From the IMG/VR virus record IMGVR_UViG_3300047315_000487: DNA of 64,000 nucleotides; one strand, given 5' to 3'. The position numbers and the translations under genes are program-made. Source of the DNA: an uncultured virus (IMG/VR IMGVR_UViG_3300047315_000487). Its lineage: Duplodnaviria; Heunggongvirae; Uroviricota; Caudoviricetes. Shown piece after piece: positions 20,156 to 29,530 of the stretch (positions are counted from its first letter, which is position 1; each line of letters begins with the position of its first letter). The notes beneath the pieces were generated by a model, which had not been told where the DNA came from, did no database searches, and was given only the letters and a program-made list of their open reading frames with translations.

Positions 20156-21631
20156 TCACGCGGCTGCAGCGAAGGCGCGGAGCCAGTCCGCGGCCTCGCC
20201 GTATCCGCCCGGCGCGGAGTAGAAGGCGAGCAGCAGGGCGTCGGCGTTGTCTGGGGACCGGCCGATGCGCTTCTTCGTGTCGTCTTTCGGTTCGACGACG
20301 ATGCGGCCGCTCGAGTCGGGGGTGTACTTGGGTGCAGTGAGCTGCGAGATGAGCCGTTCCCGGTCGTCCTCGTCGAGCTGGGACAGGTCCCACGCGCCGT
20401 CTTCGGAAAGCTTGCGGCCGATCTCCCACCAGATCTGCGAGCGCAGGCGCGGAAATCGGTGGGGCTGGCTGGAGGCGACGGAGACGTTGACGCCGAGGAT
20501 CTCCGCCTGGTGCAGGCCCTGTTCGCGCTTCTCGCGGAGGGAGCCGACGATGCCCCAGCCGATGCCGATGGAGTCGACCTTGACGGCGGTGGCACCGGTG
20601 GTACGGATGGCCTCGAGGATGAGGCCGACGACCTTGATGGGGTCCTTTTCGCGGGACCGCCATTCGCGGCCGACTTGCATGCCGCGGCGTTCGCGGATGC
20701 AGGTTTCGTCGCCGCCCGCGCCGAGGTCGACGCCGAGCTCAATCGGAGTCAGTTGCTCCTCGGCGAGTGGGACGTCGCGGGGCTGCGCGCAGGCGCGGAT
20801 CGCTGACAGGCGGACAACGCCGTCGTCGGCGTCCGAGGGGAACTCGCCGAGCACCTTGGAGATGTAGGTGGGCGATTTCTCTCCGTACTCGGCCTTCATG
20901 TCGTCGACGTAGGACTGACTGACGAGCATGGGTCGCACTTCGGCTGGCACGAGCTCGTCGGTGAAGTTCGGGGAGTCGAAGGCGGAGATGCGGATGACGT
21001 TCCAGCGGCCGTTGGCGCAGGCGCGGGCGAAGTAGGAGCCGGGGTCGTCGGGGTTGCCGACGGCGAGGATCCGACAGTGCTCACCAGTGGCGATGGAGTT
21101 GGCAGCGGTCCAGAACTGCTTGTTGATCCCGCAGGCTTCGTCGAGGAGTACCAGGACGTACTTAGCGTGGATGCCTTGGAAGGCGTGCGGGTTGTAGTCG
21201 GACGGCTTGCGGCCGAACGCGAGGAGGCGCTTGTCGAGCTTCCACTCGGTCTCGTTGATGCGCCCGATGAAGGGGTTGCCGCGGGCTTGGGCTTTGGCGA
21301 ACGCCCCGTTGATCTCGGACCACAGGATGGCCTTGACCTGGTCGCCGGTGGGTGCGGTGGTGACGACGCGGGCCTCACCGGGTGGGTGGATGTCCAGCCA
21401 CCATGCGGTGAGTCGGGACGCCACGAACGACTTGCCGGTGCCGTGGCAGGACTGCACGGCCGTGAGCCGGTGGTCTCGGACGGACTCGGCGATGGCGACC
21501 TGCTTGGACCACAGGTGCTCGCCGAGCTTGTCGCGTGCCCACAGCGCCGGGTCCCGGGCATAGTCAGCGGAGACGCGATCACGCTCGCCGCTCTGCTCGA
21601 TCCGGTCCGCAGCCATCAGGAGAGCGTCCAT
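20156..21631 (-). CDS. terL: Terminase large subunit
   Basis: SCHGTGKS Walker A, LLDEA Walker B, GVDLG and RSPDNADA nuclease motifs. Confidence 0.92.
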   Translation of the reverse strand: MDALLMAADRIEQSGERDRVSADYARDPALWARDKLGEHLWSKQVAIAESVRDHRLTAVQSCHGTGKSFVASRLTAWWLDIHPPGEARVVTTAPTGDQVKAILWSEINGAFAKAQARGNPFIGRINETEWKLDKRLLAFGRKPSDYNPHAFQGIHAKYVLVLLDEACGINKQFWTAANSIATGEHCRILAVGNPDDPGSYFARACANGRWNVIRISAFDSPNFTDELVPAEVRPMLVSQSYVDDMKAEYGEKSPTYISKVLGEFPSDADDGVVRLSAIRACAQPRDVPLAEEQLTPIELGVDLGAGGDETCIRERRGMQVGREWRSREKDPIKVVGLILEAIRTTGATAVKVDSIGIGWGIVGSLREKREQGLHQAEILGVNVSVASSQPHRFPRLRSQIWWEIGRKLSEDGAWDLSQLDEDDRERLISQLTAPKYTPDSSGRIVVEPKDDTKKRIGRSPDNADALLLAFYSAPGGYGEAADWLRAFAAAA

Positions 21632-21648
21632 CGCTCACCTCGCTCGGC

Positions 21649-22365
21649 CTATTCGACGGACCGCAGTCTGCGGGCCGCGACGCGCTTGGCGTTGTAGGCG
21701 GCATCACCCGTGACGCCTGCAGAGGCAAGGGCGGCGTCGATGGCCTGCATGACCTTCTCCGCCTGCTTCTCGGTGATCGCGGCGAGGCGTTCGTCGATGT
21801 TCAACCTGGCGATGTTGGCGAGGAGGCCGCCGGCCCGGTCGATCGCCCGCTCGTACAGGGCGACCTCGGCGCGAAGCTGCTCGCCGGCGCCGCCCTTGTA
21901 GCGGATCTCTTCGAGCTCGTTGACCTTGGCGCCGAGCGCGTTCTTGAACGCAAGGACTTCGCCAGCCAACTCGCTGAGGGCGGTGAGCGGGTTATCGACG
22001 GGGCTGGCGCCAACTTGGACGAGCAGCTTGTTGGCTTCCTTCATCAGCTTCACCTCCGCGATCCGCTTGGCTGCCGCCTTGAGGGCGTTGGGTGACTTGC
22101 CGCCGTGTGCTTTACAGACGTCCTGGCCCCTCATGGCCCAGTCGGTGCAGCGCTGTCCGGCGTTGTGGCCGTTTTTGGTGGTGCCGGTGCAGCGGCGTTC
22201 GTCGGGCGCCTTGCCGATGAGGCCTTGGCCGCTGTGGCGGTGGCAGACGTCGTATCCGGGGAGGGTCCACAGTTGGCAGCGCCCGCGCGGGTCGCCGCTG
22301 GGGTACAGGCGGATGGTGACGCATTGCCGGTCGGGGGGTGGCTTGCGGGGGCCGGGGTGTGCCAT
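21649..22365 (-). CDS. Probable terminase small subunit with two C-x-C-x-HxG Zn fingers
   Basis: VCHRHSG and VCKAHGG; helical C-terminus; directly upstream of terL. Confidence 0.65.
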   Translation of the reverse strand: MAHPGPRKPPPDRQCVTIRLYPSGDPRGRCQLWTLPGYDVCHRHSGQGLIGKAPDERRCTGTTKNGHNAGQRCTDWAMRGQDVCKAHGGKSPNALKAAAKRIAEVKLMKEANKLLVQVGASPVDNPLTALSELAGEVLAFKNALGAKVNELEEIRYKGGAGEQLRAEVALYERAIDRAGGLLANIARLNIDERLAAITEKQAEKVMQAIDAALASAGVTGDAAYNAKRVAARRLRSVE

Positions 22366-22790
22366 TAGCTGCTGCCGGTGGTCCAGTGCTCGGGCAGCAG
22401 TGTCGGCGCGGGCTCGTCGACCGGCTCGGGTTCGGGCAGCGGTTCGGGGGTGCAGTCGCAGCCGGGCAGGTCCGCCTCGTTGGGTGCGGTGCAGCTGCTG
22501 GCGTGGACGTGGGCGGCGGCGTCCATGTCGATGGCGTGCGGGCCACACGCGAAGACGGGGGTGGTGCATTCGTCGGCCTGCGGGAGCGGCCCGAACTCGG
22601 GGGGCGGGAGTTGGGGGTCGGCGAGGAGGAGTCGTTCGTCGCGCTTCTCCTGCTCGAGGGTGATGTGCGCGGCGAGTTCGGCGTCGGTGAGACGCCGCTG
22701 CCACTGCACGATGGCCCGGTCGCCGCACGCTGCGCACCGCGGTCCTGCGGGCGCCTGGCTGGCCGGGGTGGTGTCGGTTGGGGTGCTCAC
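22365..22790 (-). CDS. Cys/His-rich hypothetical protein
   Basis: GTG with GGAGG RBS; CAAC, CGPH, CDC. Confidence 0.65.
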   Translation of the reverse strand: MSTPTDTTPASQAPAGPRCAACGDRAIVQWQRRLTDAELAAHITLEQEKRDERLLLADPQLPPPEFGPLPQADECTTPVFACGPHAIDMDAAAHVHASSCTAPNEADLPGCDCTPEPLPEPEPVDEPAPTLLPEHWTTGSS

Positions 22791-22809
22791 GGTGGCCTCC
22801 TCAGGCGGG

Positions 22810-25281
22810 TCAGATGGCATACCAGCCCCACGCGGTGCCGTTGTAGAGGGCCTGCACCCGCAGGGTTACGCCGGTAGCGACGGTGGCGGTGGTGGCCCCG
22901 GTGCCGCTGGTCGTGTAGATGAGTTGGCTGCTGGTCGTCCCGACGGTGAGGATGTTGGCGCCGACGTTCTTGAAGACGTACTCGACGGGGTTGTAGTCGG
23001 CAGCAGGCAGCGTCCCGGTGAACCCGGCGGACGTGGTGTCGCAGACCAGGGTGCGGTCGATGGGGCTGGCCGTGAACGTCGTCGTCTTCCGCTTGATGGC
23101 GCGCGGTACCTGACCGTTGACGAGCTCGATGCCGGTCGGGTTAGAGACGCTGACACCGGACTCGGTGAACAGGCCCGTGAGAACGACCCGGCCGAGCGCG
23201 GCGTTCATGGCCCCGGCCGAGTTGCCTGCCACGTTGGGCGTGCTGGATTCGGTGGAGATCCCGATGTAGATCGTAGGACCGACACCTTGGGAGCCAGGGC
23301 CGACGATGTACAACTCGTGCGTGCACGCCTCGATGCTGGCGGAGGTGACGTGCATGGCGTGCACGGAGCCGACCGATCCCGCATAGGTCCCGACGGCGCA
23401 GAGGCCAGCCCAGCAGTACAGGGCCATGTAGCGATCTGTCACGGCGTGTTCGGTGAGGAACATCGCGTAGGTGTAGCCGCCGCCGCAGGAGACGTTGTTG
23501 GCGACAACGTAGTCGTTGTTACCGGGCGCTGGCAGCAGGAGCCCGACCGACAACCCGGTGCCGAAGACACCCGGCGAGGAGTAATCGGTGGATGGGCTCG
23601 CGACGGTGCCGAGCGTTCCGTAGCCGACGTTCTCCACATGCGCGTTCGCGCAGCCCCACAGGTTCAGCGCCCCATAAGTGAGGCCGTAGGCGGAGTGGGT
23701 GGTGAGGATCGCCAGGTTCTTGACGACCACCATCAGGTTGCTGAAGTTCGCGTTCACGCCGTACCCGGAGGCCTCATTGGGCCCGCTGATCACAGCCGGG
23801 TTTCCGTGTGCGTTGATATCAGTGATCTGAGCGCCGGTCGACGCGTAGACGCCGGCGGAGATGATGCACGACCCGGTCAGCTGCGGCACCCCTTGCAGCC
23901 AGTGCCGCACCGCTGCTGCTCCGTCACCCACGCCGACGAACGCGAGTTCCTTCTTGCCTGCCGAGGTCGCGTAGACGCCGAACGCGGTCTGCCCGTTGCC
24001 GCTCTTGGATGTGTTGAGGGCTCCGGCGTGCATGTACGGAAGGGGTGGATAGAACACCTCTGCGTAGCTGTGGCCTGCGGCCAGGTACGCCTCTGCGGCG
24101 TCGGTGGCAGTCTGGAAGGCTGTGCTGTCGCTGGTGCCCCACACGACTTTTGCGCCCGTGACGTTGCCGCCGGAGGCGTTCGCCAGCGACAGAGTGATCT
24201 GCGTCGAACTCTGACGGGACTGCGCGACCGCGACCAGGCTGGTGACGCCGAGGGCGCCCGCCCCGTTGACGATGACGGTCTTGCCGACGATGCCGGACTC
24301 GAACTGGCCCGAGGCGCTGGTGAGGATCGCGGAGCCAGTGCTCATCGCCCCGTCGGCGACCACCTTGGAGTCGCCGACGGCCCCATATTTAGTGACGTCG
24401 AAGATCCACGGCGTTGAGGTGAAGCGACTGTCGTTGCCGGCCGCCACGGTGCCGGCGGTCGTTCCTACTGGTAGGACCGAGCCGATGGCGCCGGATGCCG
24501 AGCGGGCCTTGAGGACGCCGCCTTCGGCGTACACCACCGCACCGGAGGCCGGGTTGCTGCTCGGTACGGTCGCGGCGTTCGGGACGTGGACGACTCCGAC
24601 GCCGCTGCCGAAGTCTGTGCCGCCGTCGAGGAGTGAAAGGTTCGGCCCGCTCGCCCCGGGCTGCACGCGCAGCACCGGCAGCCCGTTGGCCGAGTCGACG
24701 AGGTACAGGTCTTGGCTGCCGGGCTCCATCTGCCAGGCGAACCGGTCGATGCCCGCGGTCCTGAAGGCGTAGGCGGCGTAGTTGGTGGTGGCGCCACGGT
24801 CAACGGCGTTGATGGCCGTGCCGGTGGAGTCGACGACGACGTTGCCGTCGGCGATCGTGACGTTGCCGGTGACGGTGCCGCCGCCGGCGAGGGCGAGGTA
24901 CTTGGTGACGGCGTCGGCGATGGCCGCGGCCTGTGCTGCTGCTGCTGCTCCGGACGCGTCGAACGCGCTGCTCGCCTGGGTGGCCGCGCTGCCGAGGCCG
25001 AGGCTATTGCGGGATGTGGCGGCGCTCTGGACGTCGGACAGGTTGTTGGCCGCGAGGAGCGCCCCGGTGACGCCTCCGCCGAATGTGATGCCGCTGCCTG
25101 GCCACGTCCCGCTGGCCTTGGGCCCATAGAGGACCGCCGAGGTGGGGTAGCTGGTGGTGTTGATCCAGTAGTCGCCGTCGATGCCATCGGAGGACAGTGG
25201 GGTGCGGGCCCCGTTGAGGACGGCGTTACCTCGGGGGCCTTGGACGCCGGTCGGGGAGACGATGACGTTCGGCACGGACAC
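22810..25281 (-). CDS. Tail spike/fibre-like protein with pectate-lyase-like beta-helix
   Basis: GVQGPRG collagen-like start; NNLSDV..RNSLGLG; FDVTKYGAVGD..DSTAFQ motif. Confidence 0.72.
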   Translation of the reverse strand: MSVPNVIVSPTGVQGPRGNAVLNGARTPLSSDGIDGDYWINTTSYPTSAVLYGPKASGTWPGSGITFGGGVTGALLAANNLSDVQSAATSRNSLGLGSAATQASSAFDASGAAAAAQAAAIADAVTKYLALAGGGTVTGNVTIADGNVVVDSTGTAINAVDRGATTNYAAYAFRTAGIDRFAWQMEPGSQDLYLVDSANGLPVLRVQPGASGPNLSLLDGGTDFGSGVGVVHVPNAATVPSSNPASGAVVYAEGGVLKARSASGAIGSVLPVGTTAGTVAAGNDSRFTSTPWIFDVTKYGAVGDSKVVADGAMSTGSAILTSASGQFESGIVGKTVIVNGAGALGVTSLVAVAQSRQSSTQITLSLANASGGNVTGAKVVWGTSDSTAFQTATDAAEAYLAAGHSYAEVFYPPLPYMHAGALNTSKSGNGQTAFGVYATSAGKKELAFVGVGDGAAAVRHWLQGVPQLTGSCIISAGVYASTGAQITDINAHGNPAVISGPNEASGYGVNANFSNLMVVVKNLAILTTHSAYGLTYGALNLWGCANAHVENVGYGTLGTVASPSTDYSSPGVFGTGLSVGLLLPAPGNNDYVVANNVSCGGGYTYAMFLTEHAVTDRYMALYCWAGLCAVGTYAGSVGSVHAMHVTSASIEACTHELYIVGPGSQGVGPTIYIGISTESSTPNVAGNSAGAMNAALGRVVLTGLFTESGVSVSNPTGIELVNGQVPRAIKRKTTTFTASPIDRTLVCDTTSAGFTGTLPAADYNPVEYVFKNVGANILTVGTTSSQLIYTTSGTGATTATVATGVTLRVQALYNGTAWGWYAI

Positions 25282-25284
25282 CCC

Positions 25285-25656
25285 CTACGCGGCTGCGACT
25301 AGCTGACTGTTGAAGGTGCCGTCGACCCACGCGAGCGCGGTGGTCGTGCCGGGGTTGGACCACAGCGTGTACGGTCGCGCGCCCTTGCTGAGGAGGGCGG
25401 TGGCCGCCGGGTTGAGGACGACGGTGACAGTGCCGGTCACGGTGTCGACGGTGATGTAGCCCTGCGCGCTCGATGTCGTGGTGACCTGCACAAGGGCTGG
25501 GCTCGCGGTGTCGGTGGTGTTCGGCCGGATCACGAACTCCCACGTCCAGCCCGCGATGTTGACCGGTGTGCCGTCGTCGTTCTGGAGGGTGAACGCCTGG
25601 ATCCACTGCGAGCCGGCGGGCGTGAAGGCGTTCCACTGGTTGGGGAGTCCGGGCAC
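25285..25656 (-). CDS. BppU-like small beta-sandwich virion protein
   Basis: TLQNDDGTPVNIAGW; adjacent to spike gene. Confidence 0.55.
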   Translation of the reverse strand: MPGLPNQWNAFTPAGSQWIQAFTLQNDDGTPVNIAGWTWEFVIRPNTTDTASPALVQVTTTSSAQGYITVDTVTGTVTVVLNPAATALLSKGARPYTLWSNPGTTTALAWVDGTFNSQLVAAA

Positions 25657-25683
25657 CGCGTCACCGCCCCTCCGGATCGCTCG

Positions 25684-25854
25684 CTACTCGGCGTTGAGCG
25701 GATCGACGTTGGGCCACGTGTGGTCGTCCATGACGGCCGGGGTGTGGACGAGGTGGTCGCCGTCGTGGCGGCCGTCGTCGCTCCAGTAGACGCAGCGCAG
25801 TTCGAGCGGCTCGGTGTCGATGGTGACGGTGTCGGTGGCGGGGCAGCGGATCAT
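25684..25854 (-). CDS. Small hypothetical protein (56 aa)
   Basis: Manual translation MIRCPATD...HDGDH; GAGAGGA RBS. Confidence 0.5.
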   Translation of the reverse strand: MIRCPATDTVTIDTEPLELRCVYWSDDGRHDGDHLVHTPAVMDDHTWPNVDPLNAE

Positions 25855-25905
25855 GACCTGGTCCTCTCGGGGTCAGCGGCGGTAGTTGCCACGGCTTCAC
25901 CGCCC

Positions 25906-26067
25906 TTAGCTGAGGTGCTGTCCGGCGTGAATCACGAACGGGATCCCGAAGGCGACGAGCCCGACGGCGACCATCCGCACCCGGTCGAGGGCCGGTGTGG
26001 CGTTGGGGGCGATCGCGGCGAGGCCCCAGATGGCGACGGCGATCAGGTAGCAGATGAGGTCGAGCAC
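25906..26067 (-). CDS. Small two-TM membrane protein (53 aa)
   Basis: Manual translation MLDLICYLIAVAIWGLAA..MVAVGLVAFGIPFV; GGAGG RBS. Confidence 0.6.
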   Translation of the reverse strand: MLDLICYLIAVAIWGLAAIAPNATPALDRVRMVAVGLVAFGIPFVIHAGQHLS

Positions 26068-26160
26068 GGGAGCCTCCCGGGGTTCAGCGGGGGTAGCCGA
26101 TGGGCCAGATCCGGGACTCCTGGATGTAGCGCCGGATCTCGCGCTGCGTTCGAGGCGCGC

Positions 26161-26224
26161 CGCCGTTCCGGATTCGAACCGGTACTGGCCAGCATCGGAC
26201 GACAGCCTTCATCTGCCGACGGCG
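26161..26224 (-). ncRNA. Degenerate tRNA-like element within a structured non-coding region
   Basis: CCGG-TTCGAAT-CCGG T-arm; CGCCGT/ACGGCG acceptor-like stem; no canonical anticodon arm or CCA. Confidence 0.45.
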
Positions 26225-26381
26225 TCCCCGTCTTGGGGCCCGCTGCATGGGCTCTCGGGGAGACCCAGGCAGCGGACGTGAATGGTGGGCCGGGGACTCA
26301 CCTCGGGAGGGTCTCCCGGCCCACAGGGCGAGCGCTTCCGCAAGACGCCGCCCAGCCCCGGAACCAGCGGGGCGGTCTCGA

Positions 26382-26633
26382 TTAGGCGGCCTTGGGGCTC
26401 CGCTGCGGCGTGGGACGGTAAGTGCGGGCCCGCTCCTGAACCTCCGGCAGGGCGTACATGGTCTTGTACTCGTGCCCGTTGCCGGTGAGGCGACCTTCAC
26501 CAGGGAACTTCTGGATCTTGCCGCGACGGGCCCACTGCCGGATGACGGTCTGGGGTACCCCGGTCTCGGCCTCAGCCTCGTGCGCGAACACAAGGTCGTC
26601 GGCGTACAGCTCGCTGGGGCGCATGGCGTCCAC
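26382..26633 (-). CDS. MerR-like HTH DNA-binding protein (late regulator candidate)
   Basis: AEAETGVPQTVIRQWARRGKI. Confidence 0.7.
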   Translation of the reverse strand: MDAMRPSELYADDLVFAHEAEAETGVPQTVIRQWARRGKIQKFPGEGRLTGNGHEYKTMYALPEVQERARTYRPTPQRSPKAA

Positions 26634-26645
26634 CCCCGTACATGC

Positions 26646-26675
26646 AGAAAGCCCCCGGCGGAAGCTGGGGGCTCT
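26646..26675 (-). terminator. Terminator-like hairpin at start of late region
   Basis: Minus strand AGCCCCCAGC-TTCC-GCCGGGGGCT followed by TTCT. Confidence 0.5.
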
Positions 26676-26753
26676 AGAAGACTGCGGACACAGTTGTGTT
26701 CCGGCATGGGCACTGTGACATACGAACGATCACGCGCGCAAGCCGTTCTCGTA

Positions 26754-27401
26754 TCAGGCTGCCGCGCGGACCGCCAGGGGCAGTTCGAGAGCTTCTTCCC
26801 GCCCGTACTGGACACCGCAGGCGCTACAGCGGGCGCCGGGCGTGGAGAGGGTGACGTGCAAGGTCGCGCCGCATGAGCAGGCGACGGGGATGCGCCGCTC
26901 TGGGCGTTCCCCGGTGACCTGGCGTCGGCAGGTTCGCGTCACCGTGGCCACCTCGGCCTCGAACTCTCCGAACGCCGGGTGCTGCGACGCCGCCCACTCC
27001 AGATTATTCCGCAGCGCCTTGACGACCTGGTCGAGCTGCTGCTGCAGGCCACCCTCCCAGCGGGGATGCCGCCAGCCGAGGATGTCGTGCCAGTCGACCT
27101 GCCAGGTCTGCAGGATCGTGACGACGCCGCCTCGGGCGGAGAGGCTGAGCGGTTCGAGGCGGAGCGGGAGCGGTGCGCTGCGACTGCCAGACACTCGCCC
27201 CTCGCCTGATCCGGCGCCGGGAGCGAAGGCGCCGGCAAGTAGGGCGTACAACCCTGCGTCGCCAGCAAGGTCGGCAAGATTGCCGTCCACGCGGTGCTGG
27301 CAGATGCGACAGGCAATCCGGTCGAGTTCGTCATGGCGGAGTTGGCGCCGACAGGCGGTGCAGGTAGGCCACTCGTAGTCGGTCAAGGCGAACTCGGGCA
27401 C
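26754..27401 (-). CDS. Zn-finger protein, putative late transcription regulator
   Basis: CTAC..CRIC at N-terminus; CSCG..CSAC at C-terminus; position before late genes. Confidence 0.6.
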   Translation of the reverse strand: MPEFALTDYEWPTCTACRRQLRHDELDRIACRICQHRVDGNLADLAGDAGLYALLAGAFAPGAGSGEGRVSGSRSAPLPLRLEPLSLSARGGVVTILQTWQVDWHDILGWRHPRWEGGLQQQLDQVVKALRNNLEWAASQHPAFGEFEAEVATVTRTCRRQVTGERPERRIPVACSCGATLHVTLSTPGARCSACGVQYGREEALELPLAVRAAA

Positions 27402-27588
27402 GGTGGGCCTCCCGGTGAGCATGCGGCTGCTGAGGCAAGTATGCACACGGTGGGTGACAACCTCGGGGTGAACCTCACACGGTGTGGCGTACCGCATCAG
27501 GGTCCACGTCACCGTATGGTGACATTCGCCCCACCCCGCGCGGCTTCCGCCATGATGCACCCCATCTGACGCACACCCAGGGGGAACC

Positions 27589-27897
27589 ATGCACGCCATC
27601 CGCGCCGCCGCTCTGCTCGCCGCGCTCATCCTGCCGCTCACCGCCTGTGCCAGCAGCGAGAAGGTCGCGCCACCCGCCGCCAGCAGTTCCGCGCCCGCCA
27701 CGTCGAGCGCACCCAGCCAAGCCGACCTCATCGCCCTGTGCGCTGACGCGATCGCCGCTGGCAAGGACGAGGGGGACGGCGCGCCCGAGTGCACGGACCT
27801 GTCGCTGGACGACTACAACGACGCGCTGCATCAGGCGAACCAGGCAGGGCAGGACGCGCTGCAGAAGCTGCTTGACGGGGCGACGCAGACCCCTTGA
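27589..27897 (+). CDS. Lipoprotein
   Basis: Signal peptide with LTAC lipobox; counter-oriented to neighbours. Confidence 0.75.
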   Translation: MHAIRAAALLAALILPLTACASSEKVAPPAASSSAPATSSAPSQADLIALCADAIAAGKDEGDGAPECTDLSLDDYNDALHQANQAGQDALQKLLDGATQTP

Positions 27898-27904
27898 ACC
27901 GGTC

Positions 27905-28099
27905 TCACGGGGTGTCGCGGCGATTGGCCCAACCCCAAGCGAGGGGCTCGTTGTAGTCCCCGCCGTCGGCGCCGTCGAACCATGCGTCGAGGCAGTCTCG
28001 GCAGAGGTGGATGGTGTTCGCGGCGGGGTTGGTGGTCAGCCATGCGGCGGCAGGCTCGCAACTGATGAGCTGGACGTAGCAGGGGGTGTGTCGGTTCAC
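27905..28099 (-). CDS. Hypothetical protein
   Basis: GTGA-coupled small ORF. Confidence 0.5.
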   Translation of the reverse strand: MNRHTPCYVQLISCEPAAAWLTTNPAANTIHLCRDCLDAWFDGADGGDYNEPLAWGWANRRDTP

Positions 28100-28467
28100 A
28101 GCCTCTCCTCCGGCAGGATTTCGCGCCCTTCACACCCGCGCGGCCAGAAGATCCACTCGGTTTCCATCTCCGAGTCGCGGAAGCGGCCCTCGCGGAACAC
28201 AAGCGCCGGGCCGAAGTTGGCGTTCGACTCGCGGGTGCCGCACAGCGGGCACCGGTGGTCTCGCCAGAACCGCAGCAGGTCGAGCGGCCCGAGGATCGGC
28301 TGCGGCAGGTACTCGCCGATCTGGTGCGGGGTGTGGTCGCCATCATGACCGCACCACAGGCCGCATGGCTCGTCGTCGACGATGCGGCAGCACTGATGTG
28401 GTGGTTCGTCGGCATGGTCGAGCGGCAGCCAGCGGGTTGGGTAGATCCATGTGAACATGTCCGTCAC
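28096..28467 (-). CDS. Hypothetical Cys/His-rich protein
   Basis: GTGA-coupled; HDGDH and CPLC. Confidence 0.5.
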   Translation of the reverse strand: MTDMFTWIYPTRWLPLDHADEPPHQCCRIVDDEPCGLWCGHDGDHTPHQIGEYLPQPILGPLDLLRFWRDHRCPLCGTRESNANFGPALVFREGRFRDSEMETEWIFWPRGCEGREILPEERL

Positions 28468-28871
28468 GTCGCCGCCCCGGTCCAGCCCCAGCCCTCGGCG
28501 AGGTTGCGCACGGCGAACTCTAGGGCGGCGGTACGGGCGCGCCCCGTCTCGGACTCGTGGTCCCAAGCGGAGCCGTCGGCCTCGTACTCGGCGCGCGCCT
28601 TCTCGTAGGCGGCGAGCGTCTTCCGGTCGGCGGCGATCCGACGCAGGGTCGCCTGCGGGTCGTGGCGGACAATGTGGGCGACTACTTCGGGGGCCGTGTA
28701 CCCGTAGGCGTCGGCGAGGAATGGGCCCGGATGGTTGCTGGCGTCATCGCTGTAGAGTCCGCTGTCCGAACCGTGCCAGCCGGGGGCGCCGGTCTCGACT
28801 GCTGCCGCTTCGGCGTCTCGCTGCGCCGCGTCCAGGGTGGCCGTGAGGAAGGTGAGCGGGTCGGTCGTCAC
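28464..28871 (-). CDS. DUF6221-like phage protein
   Basis: FLTATLD...HIVRHDPQATLRRIAADR. Confidence 0.6.
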   Translation of the reverse strand: MTTDPLTFLTATLDAAQRDAEAAAVETGAPGWHGSDSGLYSDDASNHPGPFLADAYGYTAPEVVAHIVRHDPQATLRRIAADRKTLAAYEKARAEYEADGSAWDHESETGRARTAALEFAVRNLAEGWGWTGAAT

Positions 28872-29341
28872 GGGAGCCACTCTCCGCTCGGCTTCAGCGC
28901 ATCCCGAATCATCCCGGGCGTCACCACGAGCCGCCTCCCCAGTTCCGTCATGCGGATCTCCATCGCCCGCAGCAGCGTGTTCTTGGCGTACATCTTGCTG
29001 CTGTTGTCCCGCTCGTCGCAGTGCCACAGTAAGTGCATCGCACGGTCTGCCGCCGCTGCCACCGCCTTGAGGTCATCGGGCGGTCCGTCGAGGTCGAGCC
29101 GCTTCCGCCACTTCAGGTCCGCCGTGTCGTCGCCGACACCGAACGCCAGATGGCCGTCCACCTCCCGCCAGGACAGCCACCGGCCTGAGAACCGCATCGC
29201 ATGACCGGTGTCGGGGTCCGGGAACCAGATTTCGATGTACTCGTCGCAGACGTGCTCGACCTCCCAGCCCAGGGCTTCGAGGTGGCCGCAGAGCGCGAGG
29301 ATCATCTCCTGCGACAGGGGTGAGGTACGGGCGCCCATCAT
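28868..29341 (-). CDS. Hypothetical protein (contains an in-frame TTA codon)
   Basis: Coupled ORF; TTA at 29030-29032. Confidence 0.6.
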   Translation of the reverse strand: MMGARTSPLSQEMILALCGHLEALGWEVEHVCDEYIEIWFPDPDTGHAMRFSGRWLSWREVDGHLAFGVGDDTADLKWRKRLDLDGPPDDLKAVAAAADRAMHLLWHCDERDNSSKMYAKNTLLRAMEIRMTELGRRLVVTPGMIRDALKPSGEWLP

Positions 29342-29484
29342 CGCCTCCGCTTGATCCGGTTGCGTTGCCGCTGCCGGTACTTGTGGCCGTCGACCGCGAG
29401 CACGAGCCCGACGTGCTTCGGCTTGAGGCGGTAGGCGCGCAGGATCTGCCGGACCAGCGGATCACTCGGATGCGGGATTGCCAT
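29338..29484 (-). CDS. Small basic protein (48 aa)
   Basis: Manual translation ending KYRQRQRNRIKRRR; overlaps next start. Confidence 0.45.
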   Translation of the reverse strand: MAIPHPSDPLVRQILRAYRLKPKHVGLVLAVDGHKYRQRQRNRIKRRR

Positions 29485-29530
29485 GCAGCCAGTATGCGAC
29501 TGGCCGCCGGCGGTCCCCGCAGGTTAAGCG

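Noticed and set aside
26161..26224. Functional tRNA gene
   Set aside because: Only 64 nt, 3-bp anticodon-like stem, mismatched stems and no CCA; kept only as tRNA-like
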